Shown in pieces: positions 63,514 to 64,000 of a stretch of DNA of 64,000 bases. Numbering within the stretch: the stretch's first letter is position 1; the number at the start of each line of letters is the position of its first letter. The translations under genes and the position numbers were made by a program. The notes beneath the pieces are model-generated. The model searched no databases. It worked only from the letters and a program-made list of their open reading frames with translations, and was not told where the DNA came from. Origin of the DNA: Anaerolineae bacterium (lineage in GTDB: Bacteria; Chloroflexota; Anaerolineae; Aggregatilineales; Phototrophicaceae); NCBI GenBank assembly GCA_034420635.1, contig DAOULD010000136.1:14372-78371 (forward strand). The letters are read 5' to 3'.

Positions 63514-64000
63514 ATGGAAGTCCTGTTCTTTTCCGCATTTGCGCTATCGCTAGCTTTTGCCGTCCAGCCCGGCGTCATCGGATTTGAAGCCTTGCGGCGC
63601 GGCATCGCCAGCGGTTGGAGCGCTGCCCTGCATGTCGAGTTGGGATCGCTGGTGGGCGACGCGGTCTGGGCGGCGCTGGCGCTATTGGGCGCGTCGGTAT
63701 TGTTTCAAAACCGTTTTGTGACTCTGCTGCTCGGGCTATTTGGCTCTGTGCTTATCTTGCGCTTCGCCTGGGATGCCTGGCGAGCCTCGCGCCAAGATGT
63801 AGAAATCGCCGCGGACGGGAACGCGCGGAGCAATCACTTTGTCGCCGGCGCCATGCTTTCTCTTTCCAATCCACAGAACATCACAGCCTGGCTAGGCATG
63901 AGCGGGACCATCATTGGCTTGGGATTCCTCAACCCGCAGCCGATTCATCTCTTGGTGTTCTTCTCGGGATTCATGATCGCGCAGGTCTGTTGGTGCTTCT
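63514..64000 (+). CDS. LysE/RhtB family amino-acid exporter; 3' end lies outside the window
   Basis: Not in the ORF track because it runs off the window edge. Hand translation from ATG 63514 gives MEVLFFSAFALSLAFAVQPGVIGFEALRRG...GAMLSLSNPQNITAWLG, matching the typical LysE N-terminal PGP-like and SNPxxxxxW motifs. An in-frame GTG at 63484 is an alternative start. Confidence 0.7.
   Translation, partial: MEVLFFSAFALSLAFAVQPGVIGFEALRRGIASGWSAALHVELGSLVGDAVWAALALLGASVLFQNRFVTLLLGLFGSVLILRFAWDAWRASRQDVEIAADGNARSNHFVAGAMLSLSNPQNITAWLGMSGTIIGLGFLNPQPIHLLVFFSGFMIAQVCWCF

Overview
64-kb bacterial chromosomal window, GC in the mid-50s % by eye. Gene content and dcw gene order suggest a Chloroflexota-like organism (low confidence). 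It falls into three blocks.

(i) 1-21.2 kb. A partial DinB-like gene and an HdrD-like membrane Fe-S oxidoreductase are followed by a ~17-kb same-strand operon. The operon is a GNAT acetyltransferase, EIGHT tandem paralogous 628-651-aa GT-C (PMT_2/ArnT-like) membrane glycosyltransferases, and a small SAM-methyltransferase. Each paralog carries a conserved ~270-aa C-terminal extracytoplasmic domain. The paralogs contain mosaic, near-identical DNA tracts, which is a gene-conversion signature. This array is the most unusual system in the window. lpdA lies convergent to it.

(ii) 21.2-23.1 kb, a small accessory islet. It holds a 752-bp non-coding insertion bounded by perfect 13-bp inverted repeats and an 8-bp direct duplication, a long imperfect hairpin repeat, and vapB plus a frameshifted vapC.

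(iii) 23-64 kb, mostly housekeeping:
- a trmH-like gene and infC-rpmI-rplT
- a LysM/arginase-fold/DmpA operon and a DUF218 gene
- class II RNR nrdJ with a 620-nt leader
- a dcw cluster: rsmH-ftsL-ftsI-mraY-murD-ftsW-murG-(cvpA-like x2)-murC-murB-ftsQ-ftsA-ftsZ. It has no mraZ, murE, murF or ddl, and the FtsI homolog reads SIVQ and KAG where SxxK and KTG are expected.
- uvrC
- MNT plus a HepT interrupted by an in-frame TAA
- serA plus two HAD phosphatases
- TetR-SDR-fadN-fadA
- a histidine-kinase remnant, a methyltransferase, a lipoprotein, an M20 peptidase and a partial LysE gene

An ~80-nt intergenic repeat occurs at least three times, twice inside dcw spacers. I saw no rRNA, tRNA or CRISPR array by eye. 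All coordinates and mismatch counts come from hand alignment and should be recomputed.
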